From Balanoglossus misakiensis (lineage: Eukaryota; Animalia; Hemichordata): DNA of 64,000 nt. The stretch spans positions 7,820,232 to 7,884,231 of the forward strand of contig CM082589.2 in NCBI GenBank assembly GCA_040954595.2, written 5' to 3'. The stretch's first letter is position 1. Every line of letters starts with the position of its first letter. The notes beneath the pieces are model-generated. The model ran no database searches. It saw nothing but the letters and a program-made list of their open reading frames with translations, and had not been told where the DNA came from. Below, one piece after another: positions 36,501-51,702 of this stretch. A program made the position numbers and the translations under genes.

Positions 36501-39500
36501 GCGAAGTCGAAAAATTGAGGTTTCTGGACGATTTTCATGAGCTATAACCCATGGTTTTTATCAAAAAATCACCAAATTTTGAAAAGTCGCGAAGTCGAAA
36601 AATTGAGGTTTCTGGTCGATTTTCATGAGCTATAACCCATGGTTTTTATCAAAAAATCACCAAATTTTGAAAATTCGCGAAGTCGAAAAATTGAGGTTTC
36701 TGGACGATTTTCATGAGCTATAACCCATGGTTTTTATCAAAAAATCACCAAATTTTGAAAATTCGCGAAGTCGAAAAATTGAGGTTTCTGGACGATTTTC
36801 ATGAGCTATAACCCATGGTTTTTATCAAAAAATCACCAAATTTTGAAAATTCGCGAAGTCGAAAAATTGAGGTTTCTGGACGATTTTCATGAGCTATAAC
36901 CCATGGTTTTTATCATAAAACCACCAAATTTTGAAAATTCGCGAAGTCGAAAAATTGAGATTTCTGGTCGATTTTCATGAGCTATAACCCATGGTTTTTA
37001 TCAAAAAATCACCAAATTTTGAAAATTCGCGAAGTCGAAAAATTGAGGTTTCTGGACGATTTTCATGAGCTATAACCCATGGTTTTTTTCAAAAAAACAC
37101 TAAATTTTGAAAATTCGCGAAGTCGAAAAATTGAGGTTTCTGGTCGATTTTCATGAGCTATAACCCATGGTTTTTATCAAAAAATCACCAAATTTTGAAA
37201 ATTCGCGAAGTCGAAAAATTGAGGTTTCTGGACGATTTTCATGAGCTATAACCCATGGTTTTTATCAAAAAAATCACCAAATTTTGAAAATTCGCGAAGT
37301 CGAAAAATTGAGGTTTCTGGACGATTTTCATGAGCTATAACACATGGTTTTTATCAAAAAATCACCAAATTTTGAAAATTCGCGAAGTCGAAAAATTGAG
37401 GTTTCTGGACGATTTTCATGAGCTATAACCCATGGTTTTTATCAAAAAATCACCAAATTTTGAAAAGTCGCGAAGTCGAAAAATTGAGGTTTCTGGACGA
37501 TTTTCATGAGCTATAACCCATGGTTTTTATCAAAAAATCACCAAATTTTGAAAATTCGCGAAGTCGAAAAATTGAGGTTTCTGGACGATTTTCATGAGCT
37601 ATAACCCATGGTTTTTATCAAAAAATCACCAAATTTTGAAAAGTCGCGAAGTCGAAAAATTGAGGTTTCTGGACGATTTTCATGAGCTATAACCCATGGT
37701 TTTTATCAAAAAATCACCAAATTTTGAAAGTTCGCGAAGTCGAAAAATTGAGGTTTCTGGACGATTTTCATAAGCTATAACCCATGGTTTTTATCAAAAA
37801 ATCACAAAATTTTGAAAAGTCGCGAGGTCGAAAAATTGAGGTTTCTGGTCGATTTTCATGAGCTATAACCCATGGTTTTTATCAAAAAATCACCAAATTT
37901 TGAAAATTCGCGAAGTCGAAAAATTGAGGTTTCTGGACGATTTTCATGAGCTATAACCCATGGTTTTTATAAAAAAATCACCAAATTTTGAAAATTCGCG
38001 AAGTCGAAAAATTGAGGTTTCTGGACGATTTTCATGAGCTATAACCCATGGTTTTTATCAAAAAATCACCAAATTTTGAAAATTCGCGAAGTCGAAAAAT
38101 TGAGGTTTCTGGACGATTTTCATGAGCTATAACCCATGGTTTTTTTCAAAAAAACACTAAATTTTGAAAATTCGCGAAGTCGAAAAATTGAGGTTTCTGG
38201 TCGATTTTCATGAGCTATAACCCATGGTTTTTATCAAAAAATCACCAAATTTTGAAAATTCGCGAAGTCGAAAAATTGAGGTTTCTGGACGATTTTCATG
38301 AGCTATAACCCATGGTTTTTATCAAAAAAATCACCAAATTTTGAAAATTCGCGAAGTCGAAAAATTGAGGTTTCTGGACGATTTTCATGAGCTATAACAC
38401 ATGGTTTTTATCAAAAAATCACCAAATTTTGAAAATTCGCGAAGTCGAAAAATTGAGGTTTCTGGACGATTTTCATGAGCTATAACCCATGGTTTTTATC
38501 AAAAAATCACCAAATTTTGAAAAGTCGCGAAGTCGAAAAATTGAGGTTTCTGGACGATTTTCATGAGCTATAACCCATGGTTTTTATCAAAAAATCACCA
38601 AATTTTGAAAATTCGCGAAGTCGAAAAATTGAGGTTTCTGGACGATTTTCATGAGCTATAACCCATGGTTTTTATCAAAAAATCACCAAATTTTGAAAAG
38701 TCGCGAAGTCGAAAAATTGAGGTTTCTGGACGATTTTCATGAGCTATAACCCATGGTTTTTATCAAAAAATCACCAAATTTTGAAAGTTCGCGAAGTCGA
38801 AAAATTGAGGTTTCTGGACGATTTTCATAAGCTATAACCCATGGTTTTTATCAAAAAATCACAAAATTTTGAAAAGTCGCGAAGTCGAAAAATTGAGGTT
38901 TCTGGTCGATTTTCATGAGCTATAACCCATGGTTTTTATCAAAAAATCACCAAATTTTGAAAATTCGCGAAGTCGAAAAATTGAGGTTTCTGGACGATTT
39001 TCATGAGCTATAACCCATGGTTTTTATCAAAAAATCACCAAATTTTGAAAATTCGCGAAGTCGAAAAATTGAGGTTTCTGGACGATTTTCATGAGCTATA
39101 ACCCATGGTTTTTATCAAAAAATCACCAAATTTTGAAAATTCGCGAAGTCGAAAAATTGAGGTTTCTGGACGATTTTCATGAGCTATAACACATGGTTTG
39201 TATCAAAAAATCACCACATTTTGAAAATTCGCGAAGTCGAAAAATTGAGGTTTCTGGACGATTTTCATGAGCTATAACCCATGGTTTTTATCAAAAAATC
39301 ACCAAATTTTGAAAATTCGCGAAGTCGAAAAATTGAGGTTTCTGGACGATTTTCATGAGCTATAACCCATGGTTTTTATCAAAAAATCACCAAATTTTGA
39401 AAATTCGCGAAGTCGAAAAATTGAGGTTTCTGGACGATTTTCATGAGCTATAACCCATGGTTTTTATCATAAAACCACCAAATTTTGAAAATTCGCGAAG

Positions 39501-42500
39501 TCGAAAAATTGAGATTTCTGGTCGATTTTCATGAGCTATAACCCATGGTTTTTATCAAAAAATCACCAAATTTTGAAAATTCGCGAAGTCGAAAAATTGA
39601 GGTTTCTGGACGATTTTCATGAGCTATAACCCATGGTTTTTTTTCAAAAAAACACTAAATTTTGAAAATTCGCGAAGTCGAAAAATTGAGGTTTCTGGTC
39701 GATTTTCATGAGCTATAACCCATGGTTTTTATCAAAAAATCACCAAATTTTGAAAATTCGCGAAGTCGAAAAATTGAGATTTCTGGTCGATTTTCATGAG
39801 CTATAACCCATGGTTTTTATCAAAAAATCACCAAATTTTGAAAATTCGCGAAGTCGAAAAATTGAGGTTTCTGGACGATTTTCATGAGCTATAACCCATG
39901 GTTTTTTTCAAAAAAACACTAAATTTTGAAAATTCGCGAAGTCGAAAAATTGAGGTTTCTGGTCGATTTTCATGAGCTATAACCCATGGTTTTTATCAAA
40001 AAATCACCAAATTTTGAAAATTCGCGAAGTCGAAAAATTGAGGTTTCTGGTCGATTTTCATGAGCTATAACCCATGGTTTTTATCAAAAAATCACCAAAT
40101 TTTGAAAATTCGCGAAGTCGAAAAATTGAGGTTTCTGGTCGATTTTCATGAGCTATAACCCATGGTTTTTATCAAAAAATCACCAAATTTTGAAAAGTCG
40201 CGAAGTGGAAAAATTGAGGTTTCTGGACGATTTTCATGAGCTATAACCCATGGTTTTTATCAAAAAATCACCAAATTTTGAAAGTTCGCGAAGTCGAAAA
40301 ATTGAGGTTTCTGGACGATTTTCATGAGCTATAACCCATGGTTTTTTTCAAAAAAACACTAAATTTTGAAAATTCGCGAAGTCGAAAAATTGAGGTTTCT
40401 GGTCGATTTTCATGAGCTATAACCCATGGTTTTTATCAAAAAATCACCAAATTTTGAAAATTCGCGAAGTCGAAAAATTGAGGTTTCTGGACGATTTTCA
40501 TGAGCTATAACCCATGGTTTTTTTCAAAAAAACACTAAATTTTGAAAATTCGCGAAGTCGAAAAATTGAGGTTTCTGGACGATTTTCATGAGCTATAACC
40601 CATGGTTTTTTATCAAAAAATCACCAAATTTTGAAAATTCGCGAAGTCGAAAAATTGAGGTTTCTGGACGATTTTCATGAGCTATAACCCATGGTTTTTA
40701 TCAAAAAATCACCAAATTTTGGAAAGTCGCGAAGTCGAAAAATTGAGGTTTCTGGACGATTTTCATGAGCTATAACCCATGGTTTTTATCAAAAAATCAC
40801 CAAATTTTGAAAATTCGCGAAGTCGAAAAATTGAGGTTTCTGGACGATTTTCATGAGCTATAACCCATGGTTTTTTTCAAAAAAACACTAAATTTTGAAA
40901 ATTCGCGAAGTCGAAAAATTGAGGTTTCTGGACGATTTTCATGAGCTATAACCCATGGTTTTTTATCAAAAAATCACCAAATTTTGAAAATTCGCGAAGT
41001 CGAAAAATTGAGGTTTCTGGACGATTTTCATGAGCTATAACCCATGGTTTTTATCAAAAAATCACCAAATTTTGAAAAGTCGCGAAGTCGAAAAATTGAG
41101 GTTTCTGGACGATTTTCATGAGCTATAACCCATGGTTTTTATCAAAAAATCACCAAATTTTGAAAGTTCGCGAAGTCGAAAAATTGAGGTTTCTGGACGA
41201 TTTTCATGAGCTATAACCCATGGTTTTTATCAAAAAATCACCAAATTTTGAAAAGTCGCGAAGTCGAAAAATTGAGGTTTCTGGTCGATTTTCATGAGCT
41301 ATAACCCATGGTTTTTATCAAAAAATCACCAAATTTTGAAAATTCGCGAAGTCGAAAAATTGAGGTTTCTGGACGATTTTCATGAGCTATAACCCATGGT
41401 TTTTATCAAAAAATCACCAAATTTTGAAAATTCGCGAAGTCGAAAAATTGAGGTTTCTGGACGATTTTCATGAGCTATAACCCATGGTTTTTATCAAAAA
41501 ATCACCAAATTTTGAAAATTCGCGAAGTCGAAAAATTGAGGTTTCTGGACGATTTTCATGAGCTATAACCCATGGTTTTTATCAAAAAATCACCAAATTT
41601 TGAAAATTCGCGAAGTCGAAAAATTGAGGTTTCTGGACGATTTTCATGAGCTATAACCCATGGTTTTTATCATAAAACCACCAAATTTTGAAAATTCGCG
41701 AAGTCGAAAAATTGAGATTTCTGGTCGATTTTCATGAGCTATAACCCATGGTTTTTATCAAAAAATCACCAAATTTTGAAAATTCGCGAAGTCGAAAAAT
41801 TGAGGTTTCTGGACGATTTTCATGAGCTATAACCCATGGTTTTTTTCAAAAAAACACTAAATTTTGAAAATTCGCGAAGTCGAAAAATTGAGGTTTCTGG
41901 TCGATTTTCATGAGCTATAACCCATGGTTTTTATCAAAAAATCACCAAATTTTGAAAATTCGCGAAGTCGAAAAATTGAGGTTTCTGGACGATTTTCATG
42001 AGCTATAACCCATGGTTTTTATCAAAAAAATCACCAAATTTTGAAAATTCGCGAAGTCGAAAAATTGAGGTTTCTGGACGATTTTCATGAGCTATAACAC
42101 ATGGTTTTTATCAAAAAATCACCAAATTTTGAAAATTCGCGAAGTCGAAAAATTGAGGTTTCTGGACGATTTTCATGAGCTATAACCCATGGTTTTTATC
42201 AAAAAATCACCAAATTTTGAAAAGTCGCGAAGTCGAAAAATTGAGGTTTCTGGACGATTTTCATGAGCTATAACCCATGGTTTTTATCAAAAAATCACCA
42301 AATTTTGAAAATTCGCGAAGTCGAAAAATTGAGGTTTCTGGACGATTTTCATGAGCTATAACCCATGGTTTTTATCAAAAAATCACCAAATTTTGAAAAG
42401 TCGCGAAGTCGAAAAATTGAGGTTTCTGGACGATTTTCATGAGCTATAACCCATGGTTTTTATCAAAAAATCACCAAATTTTGAAAGTTCGCGAAGTCGA

Positions 42501-45500
42501 AAAATTGAGGTTTCTGGACGATTTTCATAAGCTATAACCCATGGTTTTTATCAAAAAATCACAAAATTTTGAAAAGTCGCGAGGTCGAAAAATTGAGGTT
42601 TCTGGTCGATTTTCATGAGCTATAACCCATGGTTTTTATCAAAAAATCACCAAATTTTGAAAATTCGCGAAGTCGAAAAATTGAGGTTTCTGGACGATTT
42701 TCATGAGCTATAACCCATGGTTTTTATAAAAAAATCACCAAATTTTGAAAATTCGCGAAGTCGAAAAATTGAGGTTTCTGGACGATTTTCATGAGCTATA
42801 ACCCATGGTTTTTATCAAAAAATCACCAAATTTTGAAAATTCGCGAAGTCGAAAAATTGAGGTTTCTGGACGATTTTCATGAGCTATAACCCATGGTTTT
42901 TTTCAAAAAAACACTAAATTTTGAAAATTCGCGAAGTCGAAAAATTGAGGTTTCTGGTCGATTTTCATGAGCTATAACCCATGGTTTTTATCAAAAAATC
43001 ACCAAATTTTGAAAATTCGCGAAGTCGAAAAATTGAGGTTTCTGGACGATTTTCATGAGCTATAACCCATGGTTTTTATCAAAAAAATCACCAAATTTTG
43101 AAAATTCGCGAAGTCGAAAAATTGAGGTTTCTGGACGATTTTCATGAGCTATAACACATGGTTTTTATCAAAAAATCACCAAATTTTGAAAATTCGCGAA
43201 GTCGAAAAATTGAGGTTTCTGGACGATTTTCATGAGCTATAACCCATGGTTTTTATCAAAAAATCACCAAATTTTGAAAAGTCGCGAAGTCGAAAAATTG
43301 AGGTTTCTGGACGATTTTCATGAGCTATAACCCATGGTTTTTATCAAAAAATCACCAAATTTTGAAAATTCGCGAAGTCGAAAAATTGAGGTTTCTGGAC
43401 GATTTTCATGAGCTATAACCCATGGTTTTTATCAAAAAATCACCAAATTTTGAAAAGTCGCGAAGTCGAAAAATTGAGGTTTCTGGACGATTTTCATGAG
43501 CTATAACCCATGGTTTTTATCAAAAAATCACCAAATTTTGAAAGTTCGCGAAGTCGAAAAATTGAGGTTTCTGGACGATTTTCATAAGCTATAACCCATG
43601 GTTTTTATCAAAAAATCACAAAATTTTGAAAAGTCGCGAAGTCGAAAAATTGAGGTTTCTGGTCGATTTTCATGAGCTATAACCCATGGTTTTTATCAAA
43701 AAATCACCAAATTTTGAAAATTCGCGAAGTCGAAAAATTGAGGTTTCTGGACGATTTTCATGAGCTATAACCCATGGTTTTTATCAAAAAATCACCAAAT
43801 TTTGAAAATTCGCGAAGTCGAAAAATTGAGGTTTCTGGACGATTTTCATGAGCTATAACCCATGGTTTTTATCAAAAAATCACCAAATTTTGAAAATTCG
43901 CGAAGTCGAAAAATTGAGGTTTCTGGACGATTTTCATGAGCTATAACACATGGTTTGTATCAAAAAATCACCACATTTTGAAAATTCGCGAAGTCGAAAA
44001 ATTGAGGTTTCTGGACGATTTTCATGAGCTATAACCCATGGTTTTTATCAAAAAATCACCAAATTTTGAAAATTCGCGAAGTCGAAAAATTGAGGTTTCT
44101 GGACGATTTTCATGAGCTATAACCCATGGTTTTTATCAAAAAATCACCAAATTTTGAAAATTCGCGAAGTCGAAAAATTGAGGTTTCTGGACGATTTTCA
44201 TGAGCTATAACCCATGGTTTTTATCATAAAACCACCAAATTTTGAAAATTCGCGAAGTCGAAAAATTGAGATTTCTGGTCGATTTTCATGAGCTATAACC
44301 CATGGTTTTTATCAAAAAATCACCAAATTTTGAAAATTCGCGAAGTCGAAAAATTGAGGTTTCTGGACGATTTTCATGAGCTATAACCCATGGTTTTTTT
44401 TCAAAAAAACACTAAATTTTGAAAATTCGCGAAGTCGAAAAATTGAGGTTTCTGGTCGATTTTCATGAGCTATAACCCATGGTTTTTATCAAAAAATCAC
44501 CAAATTTTGAAAATTCGCGAAGTCGAAAAATTGAGATTTCTGGTCGATTTTCATGAGCTATAACCCATGGTTTTTATCAAAAAATCACCAAATTTTGAAA
44601 ATTCGCGAAGTCGAAAAATTGAGGTTTCTGGACGATTTTCATGAGCTATAACCCATGGTTTTTTTCAAAAAAACACTAAATTTTGAAAATTCGCGAAGTC
44701 GAAAAATTGAGGTTTCTGGTCGATTTTCATGAGCTATAACCCATGGTTTTTATCAAAAAATCACCAAATTTTGAAAATTCGCGAAGTCGAAAAATTGAGG
44801 TTTCTGGTCGATTTTCATGAGCTATAACCCATGGTTTTTATCAAAAAATCACCAAATTTTGAAAATTCGCGAAGTCGAAAAATTGAGGTTTCTGGTCGAT
44901 TTTCATGAGCTATAACCCATGGTTTTTATCAAAAAATCACCAAATTTTGAAAAGTCGCGAAGTGGAAAAATTGAGGTTTCTGGACGATTTTCATGAGCTA
45001 TAACCCATGGTTTTTATCAAAAAATCACCAAATTTTGAAAGTTCGCGAAGTCGAAAAATTGAGGTTTCTGGACGATTTTCATGAGCTATAACCCATGGTT
45101 TTTTTCAAAAAAACACTAAATTTTGAAAATTCGCGAAGTCGAAAAATTGAGGTTTCTGGTCGATTTTCATGAGCTATAACCCATGGTTTTTATCAAAAAA
45201 TCACCAAATTTTGAAAATTCGCGAAGTCGAAAAATTGAGGTTTCTGGTCGATTTTCATGAGCTATAACCCATGGTTTTTATCAAAAAATCACCAAATTTT
45301 GAAAATTCGCGAAGTCGAAAAATTGAGGTTTCTGGACGATTTTCATGAGCTATAACCCATGGTTTTTATCAAAAAATCACCAAATTTTGAAAAGTCGCGA
45401 AGTGGAAAAATTGAGGTTTCTGGACGATTTTCATGAGCTATAACCCATGGTTTTTATCAAAAAATCACCAAATTTTGAAAGTTCGCGAAGTCGAAAAATT

Positions 45501-48500
45501 GAGGTTTCTGGACGATTTTCATGAGCTATAACACATGGTTTTTATCAAAAAATCACCAAATTTTGAAAATTCGCGAAGTCGAAAAATTGAGGTTTCTGGA
45601 CGATTTTCATTAGCTATAACCCATGGTTTTTATCAAAAAATCACCAAATTTTGAAAAGTCGCGAAGTCGAAAAATTGAGGTTTCTGGACGATTTTCATGA
45701 GCTATAACCCATGGTTTTTATAAAAAAATCACCAAATTTTGAAAATTCGCGAAGTCGAAAAATTGAGGTTTCTGGACGATTTTCATGAGCTATAACCCAT
45801 GGTTTTTATCAAAAAATCACCAAATTTTGAAAATTCGCGAAGTCGAAAAATTGAGGTTTCTGGACGATTTTCATGAGCTATAACCCATGGTTTTTATCAT
45901 AAAACCACCAAATTTTTGAAAATTCGCGAAGTCGAAAAATTGAGATTTCTGGTCGATTTTCATGAGCTATAACCCATGGTTTTTTTCAAAAAAACACTAA
46001 ATTTTGAAAATTCGCGAAGTCGAAAAATTGAGGTTTCTGGACGATTTTCATGAGCTATAACCCATGGTTTTTTTCAAAAAAACACTAAATTTTGAAAATT
46101 CGCGAAGTCGAAAAATTGAGGTTTCTGGTCGATTTTCATGAGCTATAACCCATGGTTTTTATCAAAAAATCACCAAATTTTGAAAATTCGCGAAGTCGAA
46201 AAATTGAGGTTTCTGGACGATTTTCATGAGCTATAACCCATGGTTTTTTTCAAAAAAAACACTAAATTTTGAAAATTCGCGAAGTCGAAAAATTGAGGTT
46301 TCTGGTCGATTTTCATGAGCTATAACCCATGGTTTTTATCAAAAAATCACCAAATTTTGAAAATTCGCGAAGTCGAAAAATTGAGGTTTCTGGACGATTT
46401 TCATGAGCTATAACCCATGGTTTTTATCAAAAAATCACCAAATTTTGAAAATTCGCGAAGTCGAAAAATTGAGGTTTCTGGTCGATTTTCATGAGCTATA
46501 ACCCATGGTTTTTATCAAAAAATCACCAAATTTTGAAAATTCGCGAAGTCGAAAAATTGAGGTTTCTGGTCGATTTTCATGAGCTATAACCCATGGTTTT
46601 TATCAAAAAATCACCAAATTTTGAAAATTCGCGAAGTCGAAAAATTGAGGTTTCTGGTCGATTTTCATGAGCTATAACCCATGGTTTTTATCAAAAAATC
46701 ACCAAATTTTGAAAATTCGCGAAGTCGAAAAATTGAGGTTTCTGGTCGATTTTCATGAGCTATAACCCATGGTTTTTATCAAAAAAACACTAAATTTTGA
46801 AAATTCGCGAAGTCGAAAAATTGAGGTTTCTGGTCGATTTTCATGAGCTATAACCCATGGTTTTTATCAAAAAATCACCAAATTTTGAAAATTCGCGAAG
46901 TCGAAAAATTGAGGTTTCTGGACGATTTTCATGAGCTATAACCCATGGTTTTTATCAAAAAATCACCAAATTTTGAAAATTCGCGAAGTCGAAAAATTGA
47001 GGTTTCTGGACGATTTTCATGAGCTATAACCCATGGTTTTTATCAAAAAATCACCAAATTTTGAAAAGTCGCGAAGTCGAAAAATTGAGGTTTCAGGACG
47101 ATTTTCATGAGCTATAACCCATGGTTTTTATCAAAAAATCACCAAATTTTGAAAGTTCGCGAAGTCGAAAAATTGAGGTTTCTGGACGATTTTCATGAGC
47201 TATAACCCATGGTTTTTATCAAAAAATCACCAAATTTTGAAAAGTCGCTAAGTCGAAAAATTGAGGTTTCTGGTCGATTTTCATGAGCTATAACCCATGG
47301 TTTTTATCAAAAAATCACCAAATTTTGAAAATTCGCGAAGTCGAAAAATTGAGGTTTCTGGACGATTTTCATGAGCTATAACCCATGGTTTTTATCAAAA
47401 AATCACCAAATTTTGAAAATTCGCGAAGTCGAAAAATTGAGATTTCTGGACGATTTTCATGAGCTATAACCCATGGTTTTTATCAAAAAATCACCAAATT
47501 TTGAAAATTCGCGAAGTCGAAAAATTGAGGTTTCTGGACGATTTTCATGAGCTATAACCCATGGTTTTTATCAAAAAATCACCAAATTTTGAAAATTCGC
47601 GAAGTCGAAAAATTGAGGTTTCTGGACGATTTTCATGAGCTATAACCCATGGTTTTTATCAAAAAATCACCAAATTTTGAAAATTCGCGAAGTCGAAAAA
47701 TTGAGGTTTCTGGACGATTTTCATGAGCTATAACCCATGGTTTTTATCAAAAAATCACCAAATTTTGAAAATTCGCGAAGTCGAAAAATTGAGGTTTCTG
47801 GACGATTTTCATGAGCTATAACCCATGGTTTTTATCAAAAAATCACCAAATTTTGAAAATTCGTGAAGTCGAAAAATTGAGGTTTCTGGACGATTTTCAT
47901 GAGCTATAACCCATGGTTTTTATCATAAAACCACCAAATTTTGAAAATTCGCGAAGTCGAAAAATTGAGATTTCTGGTCGATTTTCATGAGCTATAACCC
48001 ATGGTTTTTATCAAAAAATCGCCAAATTTTGAAAATTCGCGAAGTCGAAAAATTGAGGTTTCTGGACGATTTTCATGAGCTATAACCCATGGTTTTTATC
48101 AAAAAAACACTAAATTTTGAAAATTCGCGAAGTCGAAAAATTGAGGTTTCTGGACGATTTTCATGAGCTATAACCCATGGTTTTTATCAAAAAATCACCA
48201 AATTTTGAAAAATCGCGAAGTCGAAAAATTGAGGTTTCTGGACGATTTTCATGAGCTATAACCTATGGTTTTTATCATAAAACCACCAAATTTTGAAAAT
48301 TCGCGAAGTCGAAAAATTGAGGTTTCTGGTCGATTTTCATGAGCTATAACCCATGGTTTTTATCAAAAATCACCAAATTTTGAAAATTCGCGAAGTCGAA
48401 AAATTGAGGTTTCTGGACGATTTTCATGAGCTATAACCCATGGTTTTTTTCAAAAAAACACTAAATTTTGAAAATTCGCGAAGTCGAAAAATTGAGGTTT

Positions 48501-51500
48501 CTGGACGATTTTCATGAGCTATAACCCATGGTTTTTATCAAAAAATCACCAAATTTTGAAAATTCGCGAAGTCGAAAAATTGAGGTTTCTGGACGATTTT
48601 CATGAGCTATAACCCATGGTTTTTATCAAAAAATCACCAAATTTTGAAAATTCGCGAAGTCGAAAAATTGAGGTTTCTGGACGATTTTCATGAGCTATAA
48701 CCCATGGTTTTTATCAAAAAATCACCAAATTTTGAAAATTCGCGAAGTCGAAAAATTGAGGTTTCTGGACGATTTTCATGAGCTATAACCCATGGTTTTT
48801 ATCAAAAAATCACCAAATTTTGAAAATTCGCGAAGTCGAAAAATTGAGGTTTCTGGACGATTTTCATGAGCTATAACCCATGGTTTTTATCAAAAAATCA
48901 CCAAATTTTGAAAATTCGCAAAGTCGAAAAATTGAGGTTTCTGGACGATTTTCATGAGCTATAACCCATGGTTTTTATCAAAAAATCACCAAATTTTGAA
49001 AATTCGCAAAGTCGAAAAATTGAGGTTTCTGGACGATTTTCATGAGCTATATCCCATGGTTTTTATCAAAAAATCACCAAATTTTGAAAATTCGCGAAGT
49101 CGAAAAATTGAGGTTTCTGGACGATTTTCATGAGCTATAACCCATGGTTTTTATCAAAAAATCACCAAATTTTGAAAATTCGCGAAGTCGAAAAATTGAG
49201 GTTTCTGGACGATTTTCATGAGCTATAACCCATGGTTTTTATCAAAAAATCACCAAATTTTGAAAATTCGCGAAGTCGAAAAATTGAGGTTTCTGGACGA
49301 TTTTCATGAGCTATAACCCATGGTTTTTATCAAAAAATCACCAAATTTTGAAAATTCGCGAAGTCGAAAAATTGAGGTTTCTGGACGATTTTCATGAGCT
49401 ATAACCCATGGTTTTTATCAAAAAATCACCAAATTTTGAAAAGTCGCGAAGTCGAAAAATTGAGGTTTCAGGACGATTTTCATGAGCTATAACCCATGGT
49501 TTTTATCAAAAAATCACCAAATTTTGAAAGTTCGCGAAGTCGAAAAATTGAGGTTTCTGGACGATTTTCATGAGCTATAACCCATGGTTTTTATCAAAAA
49601 ATCACCAAATTTTGAAAAGTCGCTAAGTCGAAAAATTGAGGTTTCTGGTCGATTTTCATGAGCTATAACCCATGGTTTTTATCAAAAAATCACCAAATTT
49701 TGAAAATTCGCGAAGTCGAAAAATTGAGGTTTCTGGACGATTTTCATGAGCTATAACCCATGGTTTTTATCAAAAAATCACCAAATTTTGAAAATTCGCG
49801 AAGTCGAAAAATTGAGATTTCTGGACGATTTTCATGAGCTATAACCCATGGTTTTTATCAAAAAATCACCAAATTTTGAAAATTCGCGAAGTCGAAAAAT
49901 TGAGGTTTCTGGACGATTTTCATGAGCTATAACCCATGGTTTTTATCAAAAAATCACCAAATTTTGAAAATTCGCGAAGTCGAAAAATTGAGGTTTCTGG
50001 ACGATTTTCATGAGCTATAACCCATGGTTTTTATCAAAAAATCACCAAATTTTGAAAATTCGCGAAGTCGAAAAATTGAGGTTTCTGGACGATTTTCATG
50101 AGCTATAACCCATGGTTTTTATCAAAAAATCACCAAATTTTGAAAATTCGCGAAGTCGAAAAATTGAGGTTTCTGGACGATTTTCATGAGCTATAACCCA
50201 TGGTTTTTATCAAAAAATCACCAAATTTTGAAAATTCGTGAAGTCGAAAAATTGAGGTTTCTGGACGATTTTCATGAGCTATAACCCATGGTTTTTATCA
50301 TAAAACCACCAAATTTTGAAAATTCGCGAAGTCGAAAAATTGAGATTTCTGGTCGATTTTCATGAGCTATAACCCATGGTTTTTATCAAAAAATCGCCAA
50401 ATTTTGAAAATTCGCGAAGTCGAAAAATTGAGGTTTCTGGACGATTTTCATGAGCTATAACCCATGGTTTTTATCAAAAAAACACTAAATTTTGAAAATT
50501 CGCGAAGTCGAAAAATTGAGGTTTCTGGACGATTTTCATGAGCTATAACCCATGGTTTTTATCAAAAAATCACCAAATTTTGAAAAATCGCGAAGTCGAA
50601 AAATTGAGGTTTCTGGACGATTTTCATGAGCTATAACCTATGGTTTTTATCATAAAACCACCAAATTTTGAAAATTCGCGAAGTCGAAAAATTGAGGTTT
50701 CTGGTCGATTTTCATGAGCTATAACCCATGGTTTTTATCAAAAATCACCAAATTTTGAAAATTCGCGAAGTCGAAAAATTGAGGTTTCTGGACGATTTTC
50801 ATGAGCTATAACCCATGGTTTTTTTCAAAAAAACACTAAATTTTGAAAATTCGCGAAGTCGAAAAATTGAGGTTTCTGGACGATTTTCATGAGCTATAAC
50901 CCATGGTTTTTATCAAAAAATCACCAAATTTTGAAAATTCGCGAAGTCGAAAAATTGAGGTTTCTGGACGATTTTCATGAGCTATAACCCATGGTTTTTA
51001 TCAAAAAATCACCAAATTTTGAAAATTCGCGAAGTCGAAAAATTGAGGTTTCTGGACGATTTTCATGAGCTATAACCCATGGTTTTTATCAAAAAATCAC
51101 CAAATTTTGAAAATTCGCGAAGTCGAAAAATTGAGGTTTCTGGACGATTTTCATGAGCTATAACCCATGGTTTTTATCAAAAAATCACCAAATTTTGAAA
51201 ATTCGCGAAGTCGAAAAATTGAGGTTTCTGGACGATTTTCATGAGCTATAACCCATGGTTTTTATCAAAAAATCACCAAATTTTGAAAATTCGCAAAGTC
51301 GAAAAATTGAGGTTTCTGGACGATTTTCATGAGCTATAACCCATGGTTTTTATCAAAAAATCACCAAATTTTGAAAATTCGCAAAGTCGAAAAATTGAGG
51401 TTTCTGGACGATTTTCATGAGCTATATCCCATGGTTTTTATCAAAAAATCACCAAATTTTGAAAATTCGCGAAGTCGAAAAATTGAGGTTTCTGGACGAT

Positions 51501-51702
51501 TTTCATGAGCTATAACCCATGGTTTTTATCAAAAAATCACCAAATTTTGAAAATTCGCGAAGTCGAAAAATTGAGGTTTCTGGACGATTTTCATGAGCTA
51601 TAACCCATGGTTTTTATCAAAAAATCACCAAATTTTGAAAATTCGCGAAGTCGAAAAATTGAGGTTTCTGGACGATTTTCATGAGCTATAACCCATGGTT
51701 TT
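33559..51702 (+). repeat. 88-bp satellite array, ~206 monomers, forward block
   Basis: Monomer ccatggtttttatcaaaaaatcaccaaattttgaaaattcgcgaagtcgaaaaattgaggtttctggacgattttcatgagctataac; near-identical copies. Confidence 0.98.
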
